Source of the DNA: a virus
Lineage: Duplodnaviria > Caudoviricetes
DNA: 64,000 bases
Reading direction: 5' to 3' (one strand)
IMG/VR virus record: IMGVR_UViG_2811995030_000001
Span: 1-64,000 of that record
Shown: piece after piece, positions 19,501 through 27,990 of the stretch
Position numbering within the stretch: position 1 is the first letter of the stretch
How the letters are laid out: every line of letters begins with the position of its first letter
The notes under the pieces: model-generated
The model's input: the letters and a program-made list of their open reading frames with translations, nothing else
What the model was told of the DNA's origin: nothing
Database searches by the model: none
Position numbers and translations under genes: made by a program

Positions 19501-21341
19501 AAAGACTGGATAGAAGAAATAGCATTATTATATGTATCAACCAATTCTTCATGTGAGCGAGCATCTTCTTGAGTAGCCATAGCGTTATTTTTATGAGCAT
19601 TAGTTAATTCAGCTAATATTTTCTTAACTTGAGATGCAGGTAGGTTAACATCCTCTAATGCTTTCTTGTAATGTTTATATGTATCTGTTCCTTCAGAAAA
19701 GTCAGCACCATTAGCTATGTCACTCTTCATCTTATTCAGTGCATTAAGTTGCTTTTTGCTAAGGTCATCAACATCGTCAGCACTAAATAAATTTTGAAGA
19801 GGGGAAGGAATCTTAGCTAATTTTTCACCAAAGTCTGCTGCATCGTTAGCTGTTTTCTGTAGCCATTTTTCATAATCGAATCCTTCTTTAGTTGCATCAG
19901 CAGTAGCTACTTTCTGTTCAACAAAAGATTCCACCAATTTCATTTGCTCATCAGTCATCTTCTGACTAGCTCCAGAAGCCTCTAAGAAACTCTTAGCACG
20001 TTGTTTAAGAAAGTCATTGCTATCATAAAGCATAAGCTGTAATTCACGTTCACCTGCAATAATTTCACGTTGTTTCTCAGGAGTATTATCAGGTAAACCA
20101 TATTTACTTTGTGTAATAGAGCCTTGACCTTGCTGTTCTTTCTTAAGTTGTCGTACAGTATCAAGTTGATCCTTGAACTCTTTAGTTTTATTTTTTACGT
20201 CTTTAGCGAAGTTATCCACTTGCTGTTGAGCATATGCATCTTTAAGTTGCTTAGCGTAATCTAATTCAGTTTTAACTTGGTCTACATTACGAAGGTGAGC
20301 CTGACCTTGTTGGTCGATGTGATGAGTCATTTGAGGTTGTAAACGATTTAGCTCATTTTGCACATTTAAATATTCTTGATAACCTTCATCACCCTCCATA
20401 GCTTTAGGATCAGCGTTACCATAAACCGAATTAAGACGCTCGTAATCAGCAACAAGTCTATTAATTTCATTGGAGTTGTTCATGTACGATTTAGCTATAT
20501 CATCATTAGTTTTCTTAATTTCTTTTTGCTTAGTATTGTAATCTGAAATAGCTGAGATAGCTTTTTCAACAGCAAATCCAATTCCTACAAATAGTAATCC
20601 AATACCAGTTGACGCTAAAGCGCCTCTCATTGCAGTAGTTAACCCAACTACAGCTCCTTGAGCAGCTCGAAAAGCACCAGATAAGGTAGTTACACCTGCT
20701 GTTTGAGCACGAATAGAAGCATTAGCTAGAGCCATTCTAGCTGTTAGACCTGTATAAGCCCCAGTAACACCTGTTACAGATGCTTGCCAAACTCTCATCA
20801 GCACTGAACCTTTGCCTAGTAATAGCATAGCAGTCACTACAGTAGCGATAGTAGTAGGGAGGAAACCAAACACTTCAACAACTTTAGCTGCTGCTTTAGC
20901 AATATTACCTAGAGTAGCTAAAGTGCCAATCATAGCATCATTAAGAAATGCTTGCCCAATAGTCATAGCTAATTGTTCAAATTCTTTCTTAGCTAGATTA
21001 ATCTTAGCTTGTAAAGACTCCATGTAACGCTCGTTCTCTCGAAGCGCTGAGCCTTCACTATTTTTACTTTCTCCAAGCATTTTATTGTATCTGTCAATAT
21101 TATCAATAAGCGCTGCCATACGTGAGATGTGGTACTTGCCTGCCAGTCCTTCCATAACAGCCATTTTCTCAGCGCTACCGATATTCTGAACTTTCTGAGC
21201 TACTTCAGTGTAAATCTCCATAGCGTCACGCATGTTCCCATCAGCGCCAACAGATTCAATATTTAATGATTTCAATGCAGCTTGAGCAGGTTCAGAGTTT
21301 AAACGAGGAAGAACATTTTTTAAAAAGTTACCAATTTCGTT
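13551..21341 (-). CDS. tape measure protein exon 2, with soluble lytic transglycosylase and M23 peptidase domains (SPbeta YomI/CwlP-like)
   Basis: [27 protein letters not shown] (SLT) and HHGIDV...YAHL...HLHYE (M23); long coiled coils; the spliced product would be 506+2596=3102 aa. Confidence 0.9.
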   Translation of the reverse strand, partial: [2596 protein letters not shown]

Positions 21342-21610
21342 CGTTTTTACCCTGCCTTTCGGCATACTTTAACACTTGATAAGTGGGAGTAGACTATACA
21401 ATATTCTCATAGAGAACCCTCTTGGTAGTCGTTGAGAGCTTCCCATATTCTTAAGAACTTAGGGCTATCTCTGCTGATTATCACCGTGTCCCAAACATTT
21501 TTAGATGACTTATAAATTTCTAAATAAGCCTACTAGTTTAGGCTGTATGACGAACTTCCAGCATATTCAAGGTTTTCTATATACATCACTGTATAAAGGG
21601 GCAACGCTTT
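21342..21610 (-). mobile_element. group I self-splicing intron, no ORF (269 nt)
   Basis: 5' exon ends in U (UCGGGU) and the intron ends in G; core elements AUGCUGGAA (P), AAUCAGCAG (Q), UCAACGACUA (R), AUAGUC (S); IGS CGUUGCCC pairs with exon 1 GGGU (P1) and exon 2 AACG (P10); removal restores the frame ...KQSG|NEIG... Confidence 0.92.
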
Positions 21611-23128
21611 ACCCGATTGCTTAGTAGCTTCTGTAACTGTCCCGATAGCAGCAGCAGCTTCATCCATATCCATTCCATAAATTTTTGTAACACTTGCTGA
21701 TCGTGCCATTCCTTCTGACAAGGCAGCCACTGTCGTCCCATTGTTGTTACTTATTTCATTAAATTTATCGATCACGGACATTGCATCTTTAGCTTCCATC
21801 TTATACTGAACAATTGCGGAAGTAAGATATTCAGCAGATTGTTGAGCACTCATTTCTCCAACGTTAGATGTAACCAATGCAGCGTCACTTAAGTATCCTA
21901 AATCTTCACCTTTCCAGCCATTTTTAGTGAATTCATTGTAGGCATCAAGCGTACTGGACAAGCTTTGAGCAAAGTTATCAGCACTCTCAGTAGCTCTGTC
22001 AAAAATAGAATCAAAGTTAGTGTCTGCACTCATTACCTTTTGGATATTAGTAATTTTAGTATCTAAATCAACAATAGTAGAAATTGTATCTTGAACAGCA
22101 CTTGTAATCCCGAAAAACACAGTTCCAATTCCACCAAATACAGCGATACGACCAGCAGCATTAGCTATCATTGCTCCAAATGATTCAGTACTATCTGATG
22201 CCTGTCGTGCATTAGCTTGGATTTGTCTGAACTCAATATTTAATCGAGCTAACTCTTGAGCCAAACGAGGACTGTCTGCTTTAAGTTTATTTACACTTTG
22301 AGAATATCTATCTAGCGCAGCAGAATCGACCTTATTGCCATATTGAGTTTTGAGATTCTGCATATTAACCTTAGCATTGTCTTGATATGAAGATATTTTA
22401 TTTTGGTTATTAGAAATAGACTGAATACGTTTCATTGCATCAGCAATACGATTCAACTGTCTTTCAGTTTTAGCAGCATTTAATCCACTAAGCATTTGGT
22501 CAAATACTCTGTCTGTTACAGCACCTTGATTACGTAGATTAGATAAGGAGGCTGTGAGTTTCTGTACATCACGCTCTTGTTTTGCATAGTTGCTATTCTC
22601 AGTAACTGTAGCTCCATTCTTACTATTAGTAATCTTAGCGTTATTATATTTATCACCGTATGTAGTTGTTGTAGATTGATTCCCATTAGGCTTAGTTGTT
22701 TGTGACTTACTTTGGATTCTCTGTTGCTCTTCAATTGCTCTTGTAAGTTGCTCAGTTTTCTTACGCTGAGATTCTAAATTCTTTACATTTGCATTAGTGG
22801 TTTGATCAACTACATTCTTAAAATTCTTAGCATCTTGAATTGTTTGTTGAAACCCTTTATGCATACCATCAAAATGTGTTAATTTAACTTTTGTACCATC
22901 TGGAAGGAGGGCTTCTTGCACAACTTTTTTAGTTTTCTCAGCTTGAGTTTGAATCTTTTGGAATTGTTTAGAAAAGCTATCTAGAGTCTTTAGAGTGTCT
23001 TTATCTACATTAACTTTGATGTTTAAGTTTTTAATCTGACTCTGAATATCCTTAAGTTGCTTGCTGATGATTTCTTTACTTTGTTTATGTATTTCTGCTT
23101 TAATCAATAAACGAATGTCTTGGCTCAA
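21611..23128 (-). CDS. tape measure protein exon 1 (TP901-type tape-measure core begins here)
   Basis: LDTKITNIQKV...AEYLTSAI...IDKFNEISNN...LSEGM motifs; continues in frame into exon 2 after splicing. Confidence 0.9.
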
Positions 23129-23157
23129 TCAATGTCCACTCCTTTCAAAAATGGGCA

Positions 23158-23190
23158 CAAAAAAGACACCTCATTTTTTGAAGTGTCTTA
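23158..23190 (-). terminator. intrinsic terminator
   Basis: AAGACAC...GTGTCTT hairpin with T run on the minus strand. Confidence 0.6.
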
Positions 23191-23191
23191 A

Positions 23192-23806
23192 TTAGTTAAT
23201 ATTTAATTTTTGTTCTTCTTGATCTGCACGTTTTATTAATATTTCAACAATCTTTTGCCATTCTAAAATTGTTCTATATACTTGCTTATAAGTCGCATCA
23301 CTTTTCTTGATTGCTTCGTTTTTAGAGGTATGGAAGAAAGTAACTTCATGAATAGGGGAAGAGGTATCATCAACAATTACTCTAAGCTTCATATCTGTAA
23401 TCTTTTCTACTTTGCTCCTTGAAGCACTTAATCCTCCAACTATTGCTCCTGCTGTTCCTGCAATCATTGTACCAAGTAAAGCTCCGCCTAACTGACCTGT
23501 TCGAGAAATTTGTGAAATAGTGTTTCCATCTTCAACAATTTCAACCTGTAGGATTTCTTGTTTTTTAAACACTTTATCTGAAACAGTGTTAAATAGGATG
23601 ATTTTATCTGTCTGACTATCAAAAGCTATACCTTGCTCGCCCTTATAAATGTAGTGCTTTTGGATACTATATTTAGAGTTAATTCTTTCATATAAAGCCT
23701 TATATTTCTTGGATAACACTTCATCTTCTGCCTGCTGTCCGATTTTTGCCCAATATAGTAGAAGAAGCCCAAACCCTATAATTGCTAAAAATATGAGGAA
23801 ATCCAT
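23192..23806 (-). CDS. single-pass membrane protein (moron, possible superinfection immunity)
   Basis: N-terminal TM helix and glycine-zipper GGALLGTMIAGTAGAIVGG; own TG-N-TATAAT promoter upstream and terminator downstream. Confidence 0.6.
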   Translation of the reverse strand: MDFLIFLAIIGFGLLLLYWAKIGQQAEDEVLSKKYKALYERINSKYSIQKHYIYKGEQGIAFDSQTDKIILFNTVSDKVFKKQEILQVEIVEDGNTISQISRTGQLGGALLGTMIAGTAGAIVGGLSASRSKVEKITDMKLRVIVDDTSSPIHEVTFFHTSKNEAIKKSDATYKQVYRTILEWQKIVEILIKRADQEEQKLNIN

Positions 23807-23861
23807 AAAAACACCACCTGAGTATTTTTTACTACATTATACCACAGGTGGAATATTTAAA

Positions 23862-25427
23862 CTACATTTGTTTTTGTCTAGCGTAACTGCATGCTCTACT
23901 ACAACAGTGTGTCTTACTTTTGTTGTACCTTACTTTGAGTTGCTCCGTTTCTTTTCCGCAATACTCACAATTAAAAGTAATCCATTTGTCAAGTTGTTTT
24001 TGAGAAGTAGACTTCTTTACCCTTTCAGTAACTTTGCTTTGCACAATCTCCAACTCCATCTCCATATAAGGAAGAGTTATAGAAGAGGATAGGGAAACTT
24101 TGTCATCTTTGAGAATGAAGTTAAAGCTATGGTAATTATCTAAAAGTCCTTTGTTTTCAATATATTTTTGAATTAATCTTTTACATAGTTTAGGTTCGTT
24201 CATTATTTCTTCTTCCCACAAATAGAGTATATTTATATTATACTGTTCTTTGATGTAAGCTTTTTTTCTTCGATCATTCATAATTCTTTTGAGTTGTCTT
24301 TTATATGCTATGTCGTTATAGTGGCGTGTGTCACAATGCCAATACGAACCCATCACTTCAATCATTAGATTATGGTCTATTAAATAGTTATCAATGGCAA
24401 AATACTTACAGTTATATTCATTAATATATGATACATTCATTTCTGTTAAGATAGAATCTATTACTTTTTGAGGGGCGGTGTCTGTGTGATCGAATATACC
24501 TTCAGATAAAAATTTAGTTTGTCTTATACGAGAAGCTTCTCTCCATTCTTCACTTTGAGACCATACCGAAGAGTACCATTGCTTAGTGCACTTTGTGGAG
24601 CAGAATATATGCTTCCCTTGTTCTGTTATTTGCCTATATTTAGTTGGGCTTTTAATTTTTGTTGAATTTCCACACCATTCACATTTAGTATTTCGTTTAT
24701 TTAAGGGTAAACTCTTATTGAAATTGTTGGCTTTTTCACCGACTAAGTAGATAGATTGCCACTCACTTTGACATTTTGTAGAACAAAAGCGTTGCTTATA
24801 TTTCTTTTTTGACTTAAATAATTCATTACAATATTCGCACTCTTTAGTTTCCATAGATTGCTCTGTTTTATAAGAAGCTGCACACGCAGAAGAGCAGAAG
24901 AATTGTTTAGATTTGTTTCTTTTCATACCTGATAAGCCTCTAATGAATTGCTTATCACAATGCTTACAGTTTAATTCTACTTGCTTATTCATCCCCAATC
25001 TTCTACATGACTCACTGCAATAGTTACTTATGTCTTTTCTATAGGAAGGTACTTGATATTTACTTTTGCAATTTTGACATTCTTTTTCGTATCTCTTAGT
25101 CGCAGGATCATAGGTGTAAGGAGAGGCTATCTTTTTTTCACGTTGTTTGATAGGCTCTTTAGCGTTTCGGCATTTTAAACTGCAATAATGCTTTTCTTTT
25201 ATCAGCAGATTGCGAGCTTGTTTCGAGTCCTCCACACCACAGTTATCACACGTATATCTAATCACTTCTTTAGAATTTACCATTAAATCCTTGGCCTCTA
25301 CATCAAACTTCTCTTTATATGCAGTAAATACATATCCTTTGCTTTCATAATGTTCTTTACCCAAAACACTCCATTTCATTTCAATCATTTGTCCTTCAAT
25401 AATCATCCGTTCACATCCCCATTCCAT
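23862..25427 (-). CDS. free-standing Zn-finger-repeat PD-(D/E)XK (Vsr/DUF559-like) endonuclease
   Basis: Many CxxC...FCSxxC repeats; IDNYL..LMIEVMGSYWH and LYLWE nuclease motifs. Confidence 0.75.
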   Translation of the reverse strand: MEWGCERMIIEGQMIEMKWSVLGKEHYESKGYVFTAYKEKFDVEAKDLMVNSKEVIRYTCDNCGVEDSKQARNLLIKEKHYCSLKCRNAKEPIKQREKKIASPYTYDPATKRYEKECQNCKSKYQVPSYRKDISNYCSESCRRLGMNKQVELNCKHCDKQFIRGLSGMKRNKSKQFFCSSACAASYKTEQSMETKECEYCNELFKSKKKYKQRFCSTKCQSEWQSIYLVGEKANNFNKSLPLNKRNTKCEWCGNSTKIKSPTKYRQITEQGKHIFCSTKCTKQWYSSVWSQSEEWREASRIRQTKFLSEGIFDHTDTAPQKVIDSILTEMNVSYINEYNCKYFAIDNYLIDHNLMIEVMGSYWHCDTRHYNDIAYKRQLKRIMNDRRKKAYIKEQYNINILYLWEEEIMNEPKLCKRLIQKYIENKGLLDNYHSFNFILKDDKVSLSSSITLPYMEMELEIVQSKVTERVKKSTSQKQLDKWITFNCEYCGKETEQLKVRYNKSKTHCCSRACSYARQKQM

Positions 25428-25449
25428 CCGTATTTTTAATGTTAAGTTA

Positions 25450-25570
25450 AATATACCATATGGTTAATTAACTGTAAACAACATTATTGAACATTAATTA
25501 ATATTAAATAACCTTTGACAAAATAAATCCAATAAAGTATAGTAAGGTTACAGAAAGTTAATTAACTTTC
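25450..25570. promoter_or_regulatory. divergent sigma-A promoters with palindromic operators
   Basis: Minus strand TTTACA(25478-25473)-17-TATATT; plus strand TTGACA(25515-25520)-17-TATAGT; GTTAATTAAC at 25463-25472 and perfect 18-bp palindrome GAAAGTTAATTAACTTTC at 25553-25570. Confidence 0.7.
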
Positions 25571-25596
25571 AAGAACAATAGGAAGAAGGGGATAAT

Positions 25597-25749
25597 GTGG
25601 CATTAACAACTCGTGACCGATTCACTACTACAATTGATAAAGAAGTTAATAAAGAACTGAAACAACTTTCAAAAGATACGATGATTCCTATTTCAAAACT
25701 AATTGACAAAGCAGTCGGATTACTCTTAAAAGACATGAAAAAGAAGTAG
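25597..25749 (+). CDS. ribbon-helix-helix DNA-binding protein, 50 aa
   Basis: Manually translated GTG start MALTTRDRFTTTIDKEVNKELKQLSKDTMIPISKLIDKAVGLLLKDMKKK; RBS GAAGGGG; missing from the ORF track. Confidence 0.8.
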   Translation: MALTTRDRFTTTIDKEVNKELKQLSKDTMIPISKLIDKAVGLLLKDMKKK

Positions 25750-25774
25750 CTTCCAATAGAGGAGGCTGCTTTTT
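25744..25774 (+). terminator. intrinsic terminator
   Basis: AAGTAGCTTCC-AATAGA-GGAGGCTGCTT followed by a T run. Confidence 0.65.
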
Positions 25775-25865
25775 ATTTACATTTATTCATCTCAACTGAA
25801 CGCCCAATTATATTGGACGCTTAACTCAAATGAACGACTAAATAAAAGAGGGGTTTTACCCTTAA

Positions 25866-26870
25866 TTATTTAAAGATTTGGTTCTTTTCTTCCTCAAAAT
25901 CACGTAAATCATAATGGGAAATAGTGGTAGCTACATTTTCGTGGTGGGCAATATACTTAGAAACTAGCTCTAATTTAACACCTGTTTCAAGTAAGTAAGT
26001 TACACAACTAGCCTTAAATAAATGGGGGTTAATACGTCTTCCTAAAATATCAGAAAGGATATTAGTACAGAAGTAATCCGCCCATGACTTAGACATTTGT
26101 TTTCCATCTGTCCCATACTTTGTAGAGAAGATGTATTCACAATCATATCCACGTTTTTCTACCCATAGTTTCATATATTCAAGGGCTTCTTTATTAATCA
26201 TATAAGGCTCAATCTTACCATCTTCACCAGCACCCTTTAAACGTACATTATGACTATAAATGAAAGTAGAATCTTCAGGGAATTCATAATCTAGGATTTC
26301 TGTTTTAAATTGAATGATCTCACTTCTTCTAGCACCAACATTGAACGCTGTAGCTAACCAAGCCATTCCTAGATAATTTTCATCACCTTCAAGAACTTTC
26401 ATCATTTCTTGATAATCTTCATATGTAACCTTAACTTTCTCGTAAACTTTATTCTTTGGAATAGCAGGGAGGCCGCGAGTAAAGTTTCTGAATGTCTTAT
26501 AGTTATCATCTTCATCTGCTACTACGTTTTCAATGTAGTTACATAAACTGGAAACGCAGGCTTTTTTAAAACTTAAAGCACTGGAAGAAAGTTTCCTATT
26601 ATCACGTAAATAACTAATATATCTAAGCACATCACGTTTTGTGATTTTATAAAGGGGTTTATTATTCATTGAGTCACAGATATACCATCCAAATTGTTTC
26701 AATCCTGAGATGTATTGTTTTTTAGTTTGAGGGCTATGGTTTTGTACAGAAATAAACTCTTCAACTAGCATTCTATAATCCTCGTTAACCTTATTCCACA
26801 TTTCATCTGTGACTTCAGGAAGAGGTTTGGCTCGCTCTCTTAGCATATTCTTTTCAATTTTCTTAGCCAT
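25866..26870 (-). CDS. tyrosine recombinase (SPbeta YomM-like, inside the tail module)
   Basis: GARRSE (R), LKG (K), HLFK (H-x-x-K variant), HHENVATTISHY (H, Y) catalytic motifs. Confidence 0.85.
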   Translation of the reverse strand: MAKKIEKNMLRERAKPLPEVTDEMWNKVNEDYRMLVEEFISVQNHSPQTKKQYISGLKQFGWYICDSMNNKPLYKITKRDVLRYISYLRDNRKLSSSALSFKKACVSSLCNYIENVVADEDDNYKTFRNFTRGLPAIPKNKVYEKVKVTYEDYQEMMKVLEGDENYLGMAWLATAFNVGARRSEIIQFKTEILDYEFPEDSTFIYSHNVRLKGAGEDGKIEPYMINKEALEYMKLWVEKRGYDCEYIFSTKYGTDGKQMSKSWADYFCTNILSDILGRRINPHLFKASCVTYLLETGVKLELVSKYIAHHENVATTISHYDLRDFEEEKNQIFK

Positions 26871-26899
26871 AAACTTTCACCACACTTATGTATTTTATT

Positions 26900-27385
26900 T
26901 TATCTAACATCGTAGCCTTTACGTCTGAATCCTGCTTTCATGGCCTGTATGTGTTCACCTGTTTGAATTAAATCCTGCACAGTAACATTGAAATATTGTC
27001 GCTTCTGTCTCCAAAATCCATTTCCAAATAAGTCACCACTTTTTCCTTCTGCGACAATAATATCTAGGAAGCTACTGATATTTTGCGGACTGTAATAAGG
27101 AGAGCCATGAGTATAGTTGTCAGGATCAGAAATAATCATTGATTTATCATGGTCAATTTCCACTTCAACTGTATTCCCAACTACTTTAGCAGGGAAGTTT
27201 TTAATACTGTCTCTAAGTTGATATGTACGTTGATATTCTTCAGGGTCATATTTGTATACACTCTTATCAATATTTCTTTTAGTGACATCAGCAGCTTTTT
27301 TACCAACATCACTATTCATTACATCAGTAACTTCATCTGTAAGCATATTAATTAATTGATCTAAGTTTGTTGCATACTTACTCAT
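26900..27385 (-). CDS. tail completion/neck-like protein
   Basis: VYKYDPEEYQRTYQLRDSI motif typical of HK97-gp10-like proteins; synteny. Confidence 0.5.
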   Translation of the reverse strand: MSKYATNLDQLINMLTDEVTDVMNSDVGKKAADVTKRNIDKSVYKYDPEEYQRTYQLRDSIKNFPAKVVGNTVEVEIDHDKSMIISDPDNYTHGSPYYSPQNISSFLDIIVAEGKSGDLFGNGFWRQKRQYFNVTVQDLIQTGEHIQAMKAGFRRKGYDVR

Positions 27386-27911
27386 CAGAATCCTTCTTAG
27401 TTAATCTATCTAATAGCTCTGGATTTTGTAGTTCAGGCATATTAGCTTGAGCTTCCATAAGTTTTTGTGTAATTAATTCTTCTTGCTCAATAGAACTTTC
27501 ATAAATTTTAAAGATTGCTTCTTTTACAGATAAAATAGATTCTTCAGGAATAACATCTAAAATATCACTGTAAAGCTTGCTATTAACTAGAATCTCAAAT
27601 AAATTGAATAAAGTTTTTGCTTTCTTGCTAGTAGTAAATTTCATATCTGTGTAATGTTTAAGAATAAAGCAGTTAACAATATCTTCTTGAGACATAGAGT
27701 CAACATCTAAATTTTCTTCTTGAGCTTTCTCGAAGAATTTACCTATTTCAATTAAAAGCTCACGAATAGATTCTGGAGAAAAGAACGGAGTAAACGTGAT
27801 AGGAAGTTCAGTTCCATCAGGCAATGTAGCTGTAACATCACGTGTTTGTTTATAAAAATCGACTTCAGGCTTTAACATAGAAACAGAAAATTGTTGTTGT
27901 TTTTTAGCCAT
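27378..27911 (-). CDS. putative tail assembly chaperone
   Basis: Directly downstream of the tail tube gene; GGAGG RBS. Confidence 0.45.
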   Translation of the reverse strand: MAKKQQQFSVSMLKPEVDFYKQTRDVTATLPDGTELPITFTPFFSPESIRELLIEIGKFFEKAQEENLDVDSMSQEDIVNCFILKHYTDMKFTTSKKAKTLFNLFEILVNSKLYSDILDVIPEESILSVKEAIFKIYESSIEQEELITQKLMEAQANMPELQNPELLDRLTKKDSDE

Positions 27912-27926
27912 TCATTAACCTCCTGA

Positions 27927-27965
27927 TATAAAAATAGGGCAGAAGAATTTAATCTTCTACCCTAA
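27927..27965 (-). terminator. intrinsic terminator after the tail tube gene
   Basis: TAGGGCAGAAGA-ATTTAA-TCTTCTACCCTA hairpin plus T run. Confidence 0.65.
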
Positions 27966-27990
27966 GTTATGTAGTTTATTTTATTTAGTA

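Noticed and set aside
21365-21533. Tape measure split read as a pseudogene, frameshift or two separate genes
   Set aside because: Fully explained by the group I intron at 21342-21610; splicing restores the frame
25866-26870. Recombinase as the prophage integrase marking an att boundary
   Set aside because: It is embedded among tail genes with phage sequence on both sides, as in SPbeta; no host genes or att junction in the window
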